Positions 42,790 through 56,316 of a stretch of DNA of 64,000 nucleotides are shown here, piece after piece. Each line of letters opens with the position of its first letter. Position 1 is the first letter of the stretch. The stretch lies in the NCBI RefSeq assembly GCF_009914755.1, contig NC_060925.1. One strand, written 5' to 3'. A program made the translations under genes and the position numbers. The notes beneath the pieces are model-generated. The model ran no database searches, had not been told where the DNA came from, and was given only the letters and a program-made list of their open reading frames with translations. The DNA is from the human T2T-CHM13v2.0 reference genome, Homo sapiens.

Positions 42790-44290
42790 ATTTATTTAAC
42801 CTTAATCCACAGAAATCTGGCTTCTACTCTCAGTTTTACACAGAAACTGCTCTGGCAAAGGTCACCAGTAACTAACTGCCCAAATGTCAGAGACAGTGGT
42901 TGATTTTCAGATGTTCCCTGAGTAGACGTAGCACAGGACAGTGCTGACTCTTCATTCTTCCTAAAATGGGCTGCTCTCACAGCTTTCACAGCACTCCACA
43001 GTGCTGACCCTCCTCAGGCATCTCCATCCACACTGAATTTGCTTGCTTCTGCAGGATGCTTCTCTTCCTAGGCTCACTCGATGCTAATTTTACTTGGATT
43101 TCTGTTCTTGGTAATCTTATCACTCTACATGGCTTCTATGAGAAGTCTCATTTACTCTCATGGCTGAAACTATCACCTCCATTCTGATAACTTTAAATCT
43201 ATGTCTCCATTCTGGACTTTATACCCAGCTACCTATTAGACATTGCCTCAAACTAAAAATATCTAGAAATGACCTAATTTTTTCTTTTAATTTCTACCTC
43301 CTTTTAAAATCTAAAAACCTTAATTCTTCTCTTATGTACTTATTCTGGCTAATTTCATGCAAACTAAACATTAGCAGTTATCTAGATCCTTGCAACTCCC
43401 TTCCTTTTCTTGCCAGATTTGGTCATTAATGGCTATCTCCTAATTAGCTCTCAACTCTCTCACCTCTGCTACTCTTTTTGGTGCTATTACTATTATTGCT
43501 ATTTTGCCTTTAGAATTAAAAGTTTAATATCTGGGTTTAGCAGTCCACAATGCCTAAGAGTGTCTTTTGGAAACCAAATCTGTTTGTATCATTCCCTTGT
43601 TAAAATCCTTCCGTAACTCTCCAAAACCAGGATACAGCCAAAACTCATTTCAACTCTCTCATCTTCATCGTGTCAACTTGTCTACCCTCATCTCTCAATA
43701 CTCTCCTTCTACCTTTTATTCTAGCCATTTTAAAGTACTATTGTGTCTTCAAATGTATTGAATTGTTTCATACTGCCATGTCTTTACATGAGCGGTTCAA
43801 CACTAGAGTGCTTGCCTCTCTCTTTCTTCCATCACCATTCCCACACCCAGGCTCATCCTAATCACCTTTACCTCAAGGGGCATCTCCTTTATATTTTTCC
43901 CTGAGTCCTTGAGACTGACTGAGTTGATCATTCTCTTTTTTGTGTCACTATACTTTGTGCACATGATTGTTGTTGAATGAGCTCCTGCAAAGTTCTGCCC
44001 CAGAAAATGAGATAGTCATTGCTAAGATGATGTTTTGAGTTGTACCTTAGATATAATTCAGATAGTGGTATTGGCTACTCTAGATAAAAGTTCTTTCATG
44101 ACCCTTGAGACTATAGTAAGAGCACCTTCTCTGCCCCATTATGGTACCACTGACCTTATTGCATTATCGTTGCTTGCTTGACTGTTTCTCACTTCTCACT
44201 CATCTGAGAACTCCTTCAGGATGGGGTTCCAGTCCTACTCACCCTTTTCTTTCCAACATCTAGTGCCGTGCTTTGCCGGGTGTAGGCATT
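42790..44290 (+). mobile_element. L2 LINE remnant including an RT fragment
   Basis: About 42813-42875 translates KSGFYSQFYTETALAKVTSN*, matching the L2/CR1 RT motif QSGFR..STETAL.KV..D. Pyrimidine-rich L2 3' region follows. Confidence 0.75.
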
Positions 44291-44510
44291 GTAGATAAAA
44301 GCTTAGAATCTGAAGCCAGATTGTCAGGGTTTAAGGTTTTGCTTTGTCACTAACCATTTGGCTTCGGCCACATTTATATTCTCTAAGTTTCCTTTTCTAG
44401 AAGAGGAGAATTACAGAATCTAGCTCTTTGGATTTTGTGAGAATTAAATGAACAAGTTTATATAAAAAATAAGAATAGGGTCTGTTTCAGAGTAAGCTAA
44501 CAATGTGCTA
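44290..44510 (+). mobile_element. MIR
   Basis: tctgaagccagattgtcagggttt..ttgtgagaattaaatga. Confidence 0.65.
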
Positions 44511-44577
44511 TTTGTAATTACAGTCATATTGCCTTGTATCTGTAGAGGTTACAAGTACAAATTCTACAGCTAAAACT

Positions 44578-44790
44578 CATTCACTCATTTATTTATTCAT
44601 TAATCCATCCATTCATTTACTCAATGTTTAATTCATTTATTCACTAAAGATTTACTCCTTGCTTATTAAATAGCAGGTGCTGTGCTTGGTGATATGGGAA
44701 ATAAAATAACTAATCAGACATAGATCCTGTCTTTTTAAAGAACTTATAATTTGATGGAGAGATGGAATATATATAAAAATAACTATAAGA
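44578..44790 (-). mobile_element. L2 3' end with (ATTC)n tail
   Basis: cattcactcatttatttattcatt..gcaggtgctgtgcttggtg..cagacatagatcctgtc. Confidence 0.65.
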
Positions 44791-46570
44791 CAAAATAAAA
44801 ATGCTTAGTGCAGTAAGAGCTTCAGATGAGGTCATACCAGGGGTTCTGAATATATGAACATTTTTTCAAACTCCCAGGGCTATGTTCATAATTACAGACA
44901 AGATTTTCACATTTGCCTTTATTAACAAATTAATCAAATTGTACGTACTTAATAGCACCTCAGCATACAGCAAGTCAATGGCAGAGAGAGATGATGAGAG
45001 TCTCTTCTGAAGGCACTACGTTTAGAAGCCTTTTCAGCACTATATTATTTCCAGACATTTGTGTTAAGATTGCCAGAGTAAAACAAATGTTTACACAAGT
45101 GGCATTTGTTCCTAATTTTTCACATTCATTAATGTTTCAGTTTTGAAAATCAGAATGTAATTTAGAAATTTAAATAGCAAAACTTAATATGTTATTAAGC
45201 CTTAAATTTTTCTTTACTTTGCCGTGTTAATTCATTTATTCTTTCAAGTGCTTGAATATTTAAACCATTTAAAATATTAATAATATACCAAAGAAGTATC
45301 AATATTTACATTAAATTGGAATTCACACTGCTTTATAATATTTTCAATGGTTTATATTATTCATAATTTCACTAAATAAATCATCCTCATGGAAGGAACT
45401 TAAGCAAGCATATTATACTATAACTATTGCATGGCAAGCAATGTTTTTCTTTCAAATCGAGTGCTAAAGGATATTAGGCTGGGATAATAAAAGATGTAAT
45501 ATAAACTGATATGTTTTATTTCACATCAGCATTCTTAAATTATGGTAATGTAAAGCTCATAAATCATGGAAACTTATTACAGTATATTTTTAAGTTGTAG
45601 GAACATCATATATCCCATCCCCATTTCTGCAAAACAGAAATGATATTTATGATGAACTATACAATATTTGCATTTTTCAGAGATAGCTTACTATAACAGG
45701 ATCGTAAGACAAATATACATTTGTCAAGTTACCATAAAATATTAACTCTAAGAGATAAGGATAATTCAGATAACTTTGTGGCACTGAAAAGACAGTATAC
45801 TCTCTCTAGTCTTCTTTGAACATTTTGAGAAACATTTGATTTCAAAATTAAGAATATTTTGTGGCTGCAACTATTTGTTGGTTACTCAGCTTCTAAACAG
45901 CAGTAAAATTAATTATAGGAGGAAACATTCATGGAGGTTTCTAGCCTTTTACCCGATCCTTGTGTTTGTGCTTCTTTATTAATTTTTAGTCCTTAGGAAG
46001 TAAGATACATTAGAAATGTAGTATTTATTTGAATAAAATCTTAAGTTTTATTTTAAAATACAATTTTGAGTAAAAATATTATCTATATGGATAAAATATT
46101 TTGTCCATGATCATTTACTTACTGTTTCATTTTATGTATGGCTTGTGAAATTCTGGCTACCCCAAGATGAATGTTTTATGAAAACCAACCAAGAGTAAAT
46201 TCAAGCCATGTTAATCTATACTTCAAGAATATGCAATACATTTAAAAAACAACAAAATCTCATCAAATCTACTGACTTCAGCCAAAAGACACTTTTTCAG
46301 TTAGCCCTATTATTTATGTATTTTTTCCTTTCTCAGCTCTAACATATTTTTTTAAACACATGTCGACTTCTACAGGGATTATAAAATCCTTGGACAACTA
46401 TATGATTTGGGAGCAAAGTTTCCATGTGTAAGGATTGTGTGATGTATAAGGAATGTGTCACATCAGGTTGAGTTTCAAAATGAACGTACTCCATTCTTAG
46501 GTTTTATCTCTACAGATGGATAGGGGCCCAGAGGCCCCTGGAAGCATTTTGGTACCATTGCATTACTTAC

Positions 46571-46722
46571 GGTTAAGAGGCAGGCTCGCATTGGTTGTGC
46601 CTAGCTTGTTGGCAGCCACACAAGTATAATTGCCGAAGTGCTCCTGTGTCACGTTGGTAACAGTGAGAATGGATCTTGTGCTAAAATTTTGAATAATAAT
46701 TCCTTGTTGGCCATTGAAGAGC
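46571..46722 (-). CDS. NEGR1: NEGR1 internal coding exon (152 bp), C-terminal half of the third Ig-like domain
   Basis: The minus strand reads cttattttgtcttctAG|G CTC TTC AAT...CCT CTT AAC C|GTAAGT, with a canonical acceptor (AG 46724-46723) and donor (GT 46570-46569). Its 50 whole codons give [50 protein letters not shown], containing the Ig F-strand motif GxYxC and four N-glycosylation sequons (NFS, NVT, NYT, NAS). The peptide is recognised as human NEGR1. Start phase 2, end phase 1. Exon number (6 of 7) is from memory. Confidence 0.96.
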
Positions 46723-46793
46723 CTAGAAGACAAAATAAGCTCTAGGTAAATATGTATTGTGAATACCAGTTTCATTTTTTTATCTTAGCTGGG

Positions 46794-46807
46794 GTTGTCA
46801 TGGCAAC
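46794..46807. promoter_or_regulatory. RFX X-box-like palindrome (candidate)
   Basis: GTTGTCATGGCAAC matches 13/14 of GTTGCCATGGCAAC. Motif match only. Confidence 0.5.
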
Positions 46808-49800
46808 CCATAGACAATTCAACTACGCTGACGTTAGCATATAACATGATAATGGTGCAATTTACATTTCACTTACATTAGTAGATTTGGGGGAGGTGAG
46901 GTTGCATGTCAGCTGTAGATTGTTCCTGTGGGATTATTTGTGCTATATAACAAACTGAGCTTGGATAGCTACATGTCCTATTTAGGCACTGTTACATATT
47001 TTAGAAAATGAAACATACCATACCAATAATATCTCATCTATTAAAGTCAGGAAGGAGTTTAAGGGAAATAAATATAAAGATTCCACGGAAAGTACAAACT
47101 GATGGTTTCTAGGTAAGCTGGCGAGAGTATGTCTGGGTCATTTCAGACATTATTAAATAACTCCCTTGAAAGTTAACCCTACAACTGTGATAGGATAGTT
47201 CTGAGTCCAGAGTCAACACCACTTTACTCTTGTACAACCCAGACAGATAACTTCCATTAAACCTAAAAAGAGACAGTCATATAGTATTGGAGATAGCATT
47301 TAAAGTTGAGTCCCATCACTGTCACATTTTAGGAATGTGCCATGGAAAGACTTTAAAACTCTCTGGACTTCAGCATGGGATTCAGCTATACCCAAATTCA
47401 AACTAATTGTCCAACAGTCTCTGGATTTACCACCAGAGGCCCTCACTCTGAAATAGGCTGACATGGCTTCACCATTCTCAATGCACGTTGTACCTACTTC
47501 TGCTTCACCCTTTTTCTAAATCTGTAGCCTATCTCTTGTACCTTCTATTTCTGCTAGTCAGATTCTTCCTTCCTCATTTAGGTCTAACCTAAGACTTATC
47601 TCTCTTTTTCTAATTTATCTTAAAGGACTCTTATATCTCTCTCTGTATGTTTCTTTTGTACTATTCTCTCTAGCAGTTTCCATATATACAAGTCTTTTCA
47701 AAGCAAATACATTGAATTGTTTTAAATTCCTCAAAAGGAAAGGCTAAATGCACATGCTTTCTCTGATATTTGAATCCTACAAAGCACTTAATAGTGATAT
47801 CCTATATACGTAATAAATAGTACAAAGGTCAATGGTATTCAGGTGATGTTCCCCCAACATAGGCATTAGTAAGCCCGCTTCAGTCACCTCTTCAAGAAAT
47901 TATCTCTTTAAATATAAATTTTCCTACAATGAGTATGTCAACTTGATAATAACTTCTACACAATTTACCCCAAGTTTATTGCAAAGGAGATGCACTGATC
48001 ACAACATAGGCTATGTAAACTGATAGTCCAAATGGCATGGTAGTTTTTCTCTCTTTAATGTGTTCAAGTTTTTGTATTTTTTTAAATTATGAAAATGCTA
48101 ATAAATGGCATCCCCTGAGAGTTCAATTTGAACTCCTTTGCATTATACTGTGTGGCTTGCACCTGAATTTAGATGAAATATACTGTAGTTAAATGCAGAT
48201 TAAAATGAGCAGTCATACTTGATTACTCTGGGAATTACTTATATTTCATGTAATAGCTGAATTTGGCTTACCCCAAATGCAAACTTTAATCAGATTAATA
48301 AAACTGTGAGTTAAATAAACATTGAACAAACTTTAGCTTGAGCAATAAATTTAATGATCTCCAACTCTGACATAAGATAATAGGGCATAAAATATCATGG
48401 ATATGGCAGCTTTTATTCTTCTCTCTCATATTTTTAGCCTAGCAATATTTATGCTAAATTCCCCTAGTCATTATTATATATTTTCTGCATCACATTAACA
48501 ACTTCGTTTTTAACTAATCAGTATATATGCTGTGTAAAAAACCAGTTTCATTGCCTTGCAAGTTTCAGCACTATAACTTGAATTTGCCCGCATCTTTGTT
48601 ATAGACACATTCTCCAGAGGACTCAGAAACTCCCTAGACTACTAAATCCCTGTTGTGCTCCATCGACCAACAGTAGGACTATTTACCTGCCGAAGAGTTG
48701 AGAGAGAAATTAACCAGGGCCTTCAACTGGCTAGACCCAGGGGAAATACTTGAGGAAGTAAATTCAGACACTCCATGGCACTATATGCTTATGTTCCTTA
48801 TGGCTGTCTTTCTGTCTTTCTGGGTGAATTAGCTTCCAGTTCCCTGCCCTTAAATGTATCTGAAGGCACAGCCACAGATGTTGCTGAATCATGTAGCGCA
48901 TCCATACTCTGTATGTGTGGGCCCATTTTGGGCCTCTGGCCAGCAGTACCGTGTGCATCCTTACCAGAGTGGAGCATTAGTGCTCCAACCCCTGCTACTC
49001 GGATCAGCCAGGCAGGTTATTATGGCCAATAAAAAAGAAAACTAAGTTCCCCGAGGTAATTTTCTTCCCTCTGGGGAAAGCTACTTTTCTGAAATTACTA
49101 GAGAAATCTAAAGCTTACTTTCTTCTGCAGTTGTGTGTTTTAGAAGTGCTAACTCCTCAAACATCACGTAAGAACCTATCTTCATCTGGTAGATGGCTGG
49201 AAGAAGGACTTTGCAAAGCTGACTTTGTGGGAGAGTGACTTCTGATATGGTGTATATGTCTAGAGAATGTACTTTTGTGATTTTCCTGGAGAGTTCTGGG
49301 GTATGAAGACGGGCTTTCTCAATTATTCAAATCAATTCTGAAAATATTCATTAAATTGCTACAAAGATGAGCTCTATGCTGGCTGAGTGACTAGGGACAA
49401 GACTGGGCAACCCATGATCTCTGCTCTTGAGAAGGTCAGAGCCAAGGAGAAGAATCCAGCACATAAACAGGTGTTTACAACAGAAGGGTATTTTGGTCAC
49501 TGTGGGGAACTTGTTAATATAAACATATCTACCCTTAATTACTGGATATATAAATTTGAGCCACAGCTAGAAGCTCCAGCATATATGACCCTAATGTGAT
49601 TCACTCCTTGACTAAAACCAAATAATGATAAAAGAGCTCTCTAATTGATGACATGTTTTTCTTTACAAAATTGATTTATTCTAATATGATTGTCTATAAC
49701 TTTATTTCTGTAAAAAGAATCATTCTTATATTGACTTAGATTATACAATGAAATATGCTTTCTTATAGCCCCTGCCAAACCCTGCCCCTCCCTGCCACAA

Positions 49801-51166
49801 AAAAAAAAAAAAAAAGGAGAAACAAATTCTGTAGAGCTCGGAGTTAAATATGGCATCCATTTCTTCAGCATAGATCAGTACTATGTGGTGCCTACTTGGA
49901 AATACCTGGTCATTTTTCTTCATTGCGTTTTTATCATAGGGAATATAGTTATAAGATCCTTCTATTTCTGTGGACCCTGCTGTCCTCTACTCTCTGACAC
50001 CAATAGAAGTTTGCTCCACATTGAGAACCATAACTCTCGCTCCTCTTCTCCCTTCTGGCTTTTGCCAATGCCTCATAAATCTGTGAACCACAGGCTATTT
50101 GCTTTGCTAGCCAAGGCTGTCAGCTCATAAGTAACACAGCCCAACCCACTAACTAGTTCTGAATTAGAATAGTCCCCTATATTTTCTAGTGTCAGTCAGA
50201 AGTAGCACATGGAAAGCCTGCTGATAACTACAGATACTTATATTTCTGACTCACAAAATGGACAGAAACTTTACAGTCATAACCTCCCTCCAGGCAGCAG
50301 CTATCTGGGATGACCAGAAAAGCCTGCAGCAACATCACCCCAAAAAACTGGCCACATAGCCATCAGCACTGATTGTTAAGATTACAAAAATATTAATAAA
50401 TGGAGCAGCTACACTGGACCTCATTCATTTTATATATAAATCCAGTCTCAATCCACATTTTAAGACTATTGTTCACTATCTGTCTTTCCAGGTCAGGAAT
50501 AACAACAGATATCTCTAGAGAAACCAACTTGCAGATGAAAACAGCCTCAGAAAGACTTCATTCCTAATGTAGGACATATATATTAAGAAGTATCAGACAA
50601 CATTTTAAATATTAGAATAACTTGGAATAAGAGTGAGGGAGGCATTCTCAAATAATGATAAATCTTTTATCAGACTGGAATTATGAGAGAACATGATAAT
50701 GATATATCATTTTATATGAGTGGGTAGATTAATATGGTCTTATTAATCAATCTTTGGTATTAGATGGTGGGGGAAGTTAACCCTTGAATCATAAAAGTTT
50801 TATTTACAAAGACAAGGAATGTTAATGTCAGCAATAGACTGTAGGCTTGTAGAATTCCAAGATGTTGTGTGAACTAAAGATACAGCTCAAATTAAAACAA
50901 AAGAGAAAGATTTAGAAGAAGTCATGAGTGATGGTAGAACTCTTACATGGACTTAACAAAAATGAGGTTTTATTTGGTTATCAAATTACGATTAAATGCC
51001 TTCTATGCTGAAAGAGAGTTAGGAACCATAGGGGAAAATTATGACATAGTTATTACCTCAAGGACCATAGTTCTACCTGAAACTCTGAAGATGACATGAA
51101 GATAGCATACAGGTCCCTTCCACAACACATCCTATAATGCCTTTCTCAAGGATGGAGTTTTATTTT

Positions 51167-51178
51167 TATATATATATA

Positions 51179-51272
<94 letters not shown>
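51167..51272. repeat. Compound microsatellite (TA)9-TG-(TC)21-(TG)21
   Basis: Read directly. Confidence 0.96.
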
Positions 51273-51273
<1 letters not shown>

Positions 51274-51402
51274 GCTGTGAATCAGACTGTATTTCTAGTC
51301 TTTTCAATGTGACCAGGAATGCTTTATGTATGTGGGACATTTTATCTGTTCTCAATACATTTATGACTGAAGTAATCTCATACTAAAAATTTTCTGCATT
51401 GT

Positions 51403-51725
<323 letters not shown>

Positions 51726-51789
51726 TTACGAGTGTGAAAAATCGACACACAGAAAACTTTAAGCATGTTGAAATGTACGTATCAACAAA

Positions 51790-51932
51790 TCTTCACAGCA
51801 ATCCTAGGAGGTAGTTGTTATTAGTCCCATTTTATAGGTGAGAAAACAGACATTTAAGAAGATTAGGTTAATTTATCTTGCACCATCTGACAAGTGGCAG
51901 AATCAAGATTTAAATATAGGTCCTCTGACTAC
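51790..51932 (-). mobile_element. MIR fragment
   Basis: aatcttcacagcaatcctaggaggtag..cccattttataggtgagaaaac..aagtggcagaatcaagattt. Confidence 0.75.
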
Positions 51933-53276
51933 TGGTACCCTCCGAAAGTAGCAACTGACATTCAAATCGCTAAGTAGAAACCAGGATATTGTATCTAAGT
52001 TTGGAGAGACAAATCAGAAATCATGGATACTTCAAGAAAATCGAGTCAAGCCAAGGAATAAAACCAAGGGAGCTAAATAGCCAAGTGGTATGTGTCACCT
52101 ATGCCAGGAAAGCCAGGTTTGATCCAGAGGTGAGTCTAATGGGTAAAAAATTAACTAAAAAAATGATACTATCTGGATATATCTCTGGACCAGAAGCCTC
52201 TTGACTATGTATTTGGGGCTTAGTTATGTCTTTCAGTGCAGGCTTTTAGAGCAGCTGTGTCTAGCTTCACATAGTCAGCCTTCCAGGCTTCTTGTAGCCT
52301 GAGATGAGAAACATAGAGTAGGTTCTCTCCTCCTTCCCTGCTCACACTCTCTCCAACTTACACACACTCTCAGCATCAATTACTGTTTGTTTTTCTTCCT
52401 CTAGGTTCACTAAATATTTGGATGGAAGAAAGTCCCTCCTCATAGTGTATATGTAGAATATAGTCAAGAATGGAAGAAAAATGCAACCTATCCAAATGAC
52501 AAGAATGCAGTATTTTAGAGTAATCCTAAAATTCTCTGTAAAGTTCCAGTTATCGTGATGGTATGGGGTTACTGTATTCTGCTTGGCTTGGCCAAATTAT
52601 CATCATAACGTCAAATACTTCTTTTTCTAACATCATTTCAGCTTTAAGTTTTCATATATTTGTGTGATTTTTTATTAATATCCATCTTCCTCATTAGAGT
52701 ATAACTCTGTTAGGGCAAGGTTCAAGGTTGATTTTGTTATTCACTGTATTCTAAGCATGTACTATAGTGTTGGATTCTGAATAGGTATAGAGTAATTGTT
52801 GCATGCTTGTCTGAATGAATTATGTTTTTATATTTTTGTAATTCTTAGTTTTTTCATCTGTGAAATGGGAGAAATGAAGCCAATCACAAAGTGTTAATGT
52901 TAAAATGTTTTTAAAAATATTTAATGTGTAATATTTATGTACATATATGCCAAATGCAGTAGGCACTAGATTATGATAGGTGTTATTGTTCAATGATAGA
53001 GTCTTTTTCCTAGAACAGATACATTTCCTCTCAGTTGGCAGAAAAATATTAAATATTGAGCATTCAGGAAATTATTTTTAAAGAAAAGATCTAGGAGAGT
53101 GACTGAAAAGATCATGGCATCCTGATTTCAAGATGTGCCAAACTCAGTATCAATTACATGTGCATCATCAATCTCATCTAAGCTTTTCACAGATTTAACA
53201 AAAAAGAAAAGTGAAAGGGAGGAGGAGGAGCAAGAACTGCTAGATACCAGAGAGAAACGAAAATTTATGTGAATAT

Positions 53277-53290
53277 GCTGCTATGGCAAC
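53277..53290. promoter_or_regulatory. RFX X-box-like motif (candidate)
   Basis: GCTGCTATGGCAAC matches 13/14 of GTTGCYATGGCAAC. Motif match only. Confidence 0.4.
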
Positions 53291-54024
53291 CTACTGGTTT
53301 ATTGTGCTGCTTGATACTTAAGGCTTGAAAACAATATGATATCATTTATTCCTAGGAACAGGTTGAAGAATATCATGCATCACTGTCTTAGCCCCAAGGG
53401 GTATCTATCTTTAGTTGTGCATTTGAATAAATTAATGTTATTATAATATATTAGAACACTTTAATGAATCTAGACTTTATTAAGCTATTTAAAATGCATG
53501 TCTTATTTACTTTATCAATTTTAATGAAATTAATAATTTTAGATTAGAGATATTTGGGCTGCTTTCCTTGTGACAATTTGATTCGCATGGGAGGATATTC
53601 CCTTTTAACCCTACGTTAAATAAACAATGGCTACAGTACAGATGTCAAGCCTCCCTGACTGCTGTGAGTTCCTGTATCCCTGGCAACCTGGCCTATGACT
53701 GGATTTCTCCCCACCACTTGAACTATTTTTCTAATATCAATATGCCCATGATTTTAATGTAAAATATTACCCCATAATATAACAGCACAACCATTTCTCA
53801 GAAACTATATTCACAAAGAAAAAATCCTGAGAAGCCAGAATTGAGCAACAGAAATCAGCTTCCTTTCTCTGATCATATATTGGGTTTACAATGTCCTGCA
53901 ATCTAAGGTGACAGGATTCATTTGTACTAATAGTCTCTCACCAACTTGAAAGTGTGTTAAAATAAGAATGGCTCTACTTTATATTTAGTAAAAGGCTATA
54001 ACGCAGTCTTCCAACAGAGTGTAT

Positions 54025-54605
54025 CATTCATGCCAAATACCATGATAAGCGTTGGGGACATGATAGTGAACAAGGCAGAATCCTCATTTCCAGGTAGATT
54101 TAGAGCTTAGCAGGAGAGATGAAAAAGTAAAATAGGTTGTGTTTAGTTTAATCAGTGCTTGTTAGATGTGAGCCCATGAGGGTACATTTGAAGAGCTCCC
54201 TCCCAGGTAGAAAAAATCTCGTTGTGGTAGCTTTCCTGGAGAAGGTGACATCCCCAAGGAGACTGAAGGACTAGGTAGTGGAAGGCTGCCAGCCAAAGGC
54301 AGCCAGGAATGGGTATGTGAGTGGAAGGGGCTTACAAACAAAGGAGCCAACATGTGAAGAGGCCTGAAAGAGAGAGCTCATATCAAAGTCTGGGAATGGA
54401 AATATTTCAGGATAGCCACAGCTCCTGTTGTGTGAGGGTAGAATGGCAAGATTCATAGCCAGAGTGGAATACAGGGGCCAGAATGTGAAGAAACCTACAT
54501 ACCACCCTCTGTTGTGAGGACTTTATTCCAGGGACAGTGAAGAAACACCGACAGGCTTCATACATAAAGTGTAAGATCAACTATTTATTTTAGAACGATC
54601 ATTAC
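54025..54605 (-). mobile_element. L2 remnant
   Basis: gcgttggggacatgatagtgaacaaggcaga..; purine-rich antisense L2 body; ..ttttagaacgatcatt. Confidence 0.6.
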
Positions 54606-54948
54606 GCATTTTAAAAACACAACCTAATTCCAGCTGTTTATGGGTAGACTCTGTGTGTGCAGTACTAACCCCTTGATTCTAGTATGTTCCAAACCGAACT
54701 GAGCGTGATCCCTCCCTAAACTTTCTTCCTGTGTTCCAGCCTCAGCCAGTGGCTTCACTCTTTATCTTGTTGTCTAGATGGAAAACATAGAATTACGTTC
54801 AAATTTTCCTTTCCTTATATCCAATTAGTCACGGAAATAAGCAAATACTACCTTTCTTCTCTCTTGCTTTTTAACTGCATATCTAATACTCTAAGCCATA
54901 TTTTAACTTTCCCATCCATTTCTTCCAACTACTCTAAGAAATATTTTG

Positions 54949-55745
54949 TGAAGACATACAAGCTGCCAACAAGCATACACAAAATGCTCAGCTTCACTAA
55001 TCATCAGAGAAATGCAAATTAAAACCACAATGAAATACCACCTCACACCAGTCAAAATGGCTATTATTAAAAAGTCAAAAAAACAACAGATGTTGGTGTG
55101 GATGTGGAGAAAAGGGTATGCTTGTACATGACTGGTAGAAATGCAAATTAGTTCAGCTTCCATTTAAAACACTATGGAGATGTCTCAAATAAATAAAAGC
55201 AGAGCTACTATTTGGCCCAGCAATTCCACTAAACAAAGGAAAACAAATAATTATATTAAAAAGCCACTTGCACTTGTATGTTTATCGTAGCAGTATTCAC
55301 AATAGCGAAGTCATGGAATCAACCTGAGCATCCGTCAATGGTTGATTGGATAAAGAAAATGTGGCACATATATTCAGTGAAATACTATGCAGCCATATAA
55401 AAGAATAAAGTCATGTCCTTTGCAGCAACATGGATGGAGTTATAGGCCATTATCCTAAGTGAAATAACTCAGAAACAGAAAATCGAATACTGCATTCTCA
55501 CTTATAAGTGGGAGTTAAAAAATGGGTACACATGGACATAAAAATGGAAAATAGACACTGAGGATTCCAAAAGTGGGAGGGCTGGGAGAGGAGTGAGGGA
55601 TGAAAAATTACTTATTGAGTACAATGTTCACTATTTGGGTGTCGGGTGCCCTAGAAACCCAAACCTCACCATTATGCAATATACCCATATAACAGCCTTG
55701 CACATGTACCTGCTGAATCTAAAATAAATAAATAAATTAATTAAA
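54949..55745 (+). mobile_element. 5'-truncated older primate L1 (L1PA16/L1PREC2/L1PB grade)
   Basis: gaagacataca..atgctca..tcactaatcatcagagaaatgcaaattaaaaccacaatg (ORF2 end); 3'UTR gggatgaaaaattac..acaatgttcactatttgggtg..cacatgtacc..tgaatctaaaataaa. Confidence 0.88.
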
Positions 55746-55960
55746 TTAAACTACTGCTACACACAAGAAAGGGACTAGATTGTTTTAGTACTCTTGAAAA
55801 TCCCCTCAATAGCTTTCCAATACTTCTGGAATCCAGTCCAAATGCCTTGTAACATTTAAGACCCTCCAAGTCTTTCCCTAAGGTGCCTTTCTAGCCCTAA
55901 CTCCTGTTATACCTGATTTCATATCCTGCACACCAAGACATTTAAAAACCTTCCGCATAA

Positions 55961-56316
<356 letters not shown>

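Noticed and set aside
46563-46775. 70-aa ORF as a standalone gene
   Set aside because: Only 46571-46722 is exon. The N-terminal MKLVF..SSR and the terminal RK* are intronic read-through.
47430-47446. CTCF-like ccaccagaggccctc
   Set aside because: Departs from the core at key G positions; a motif-only call is too weak.
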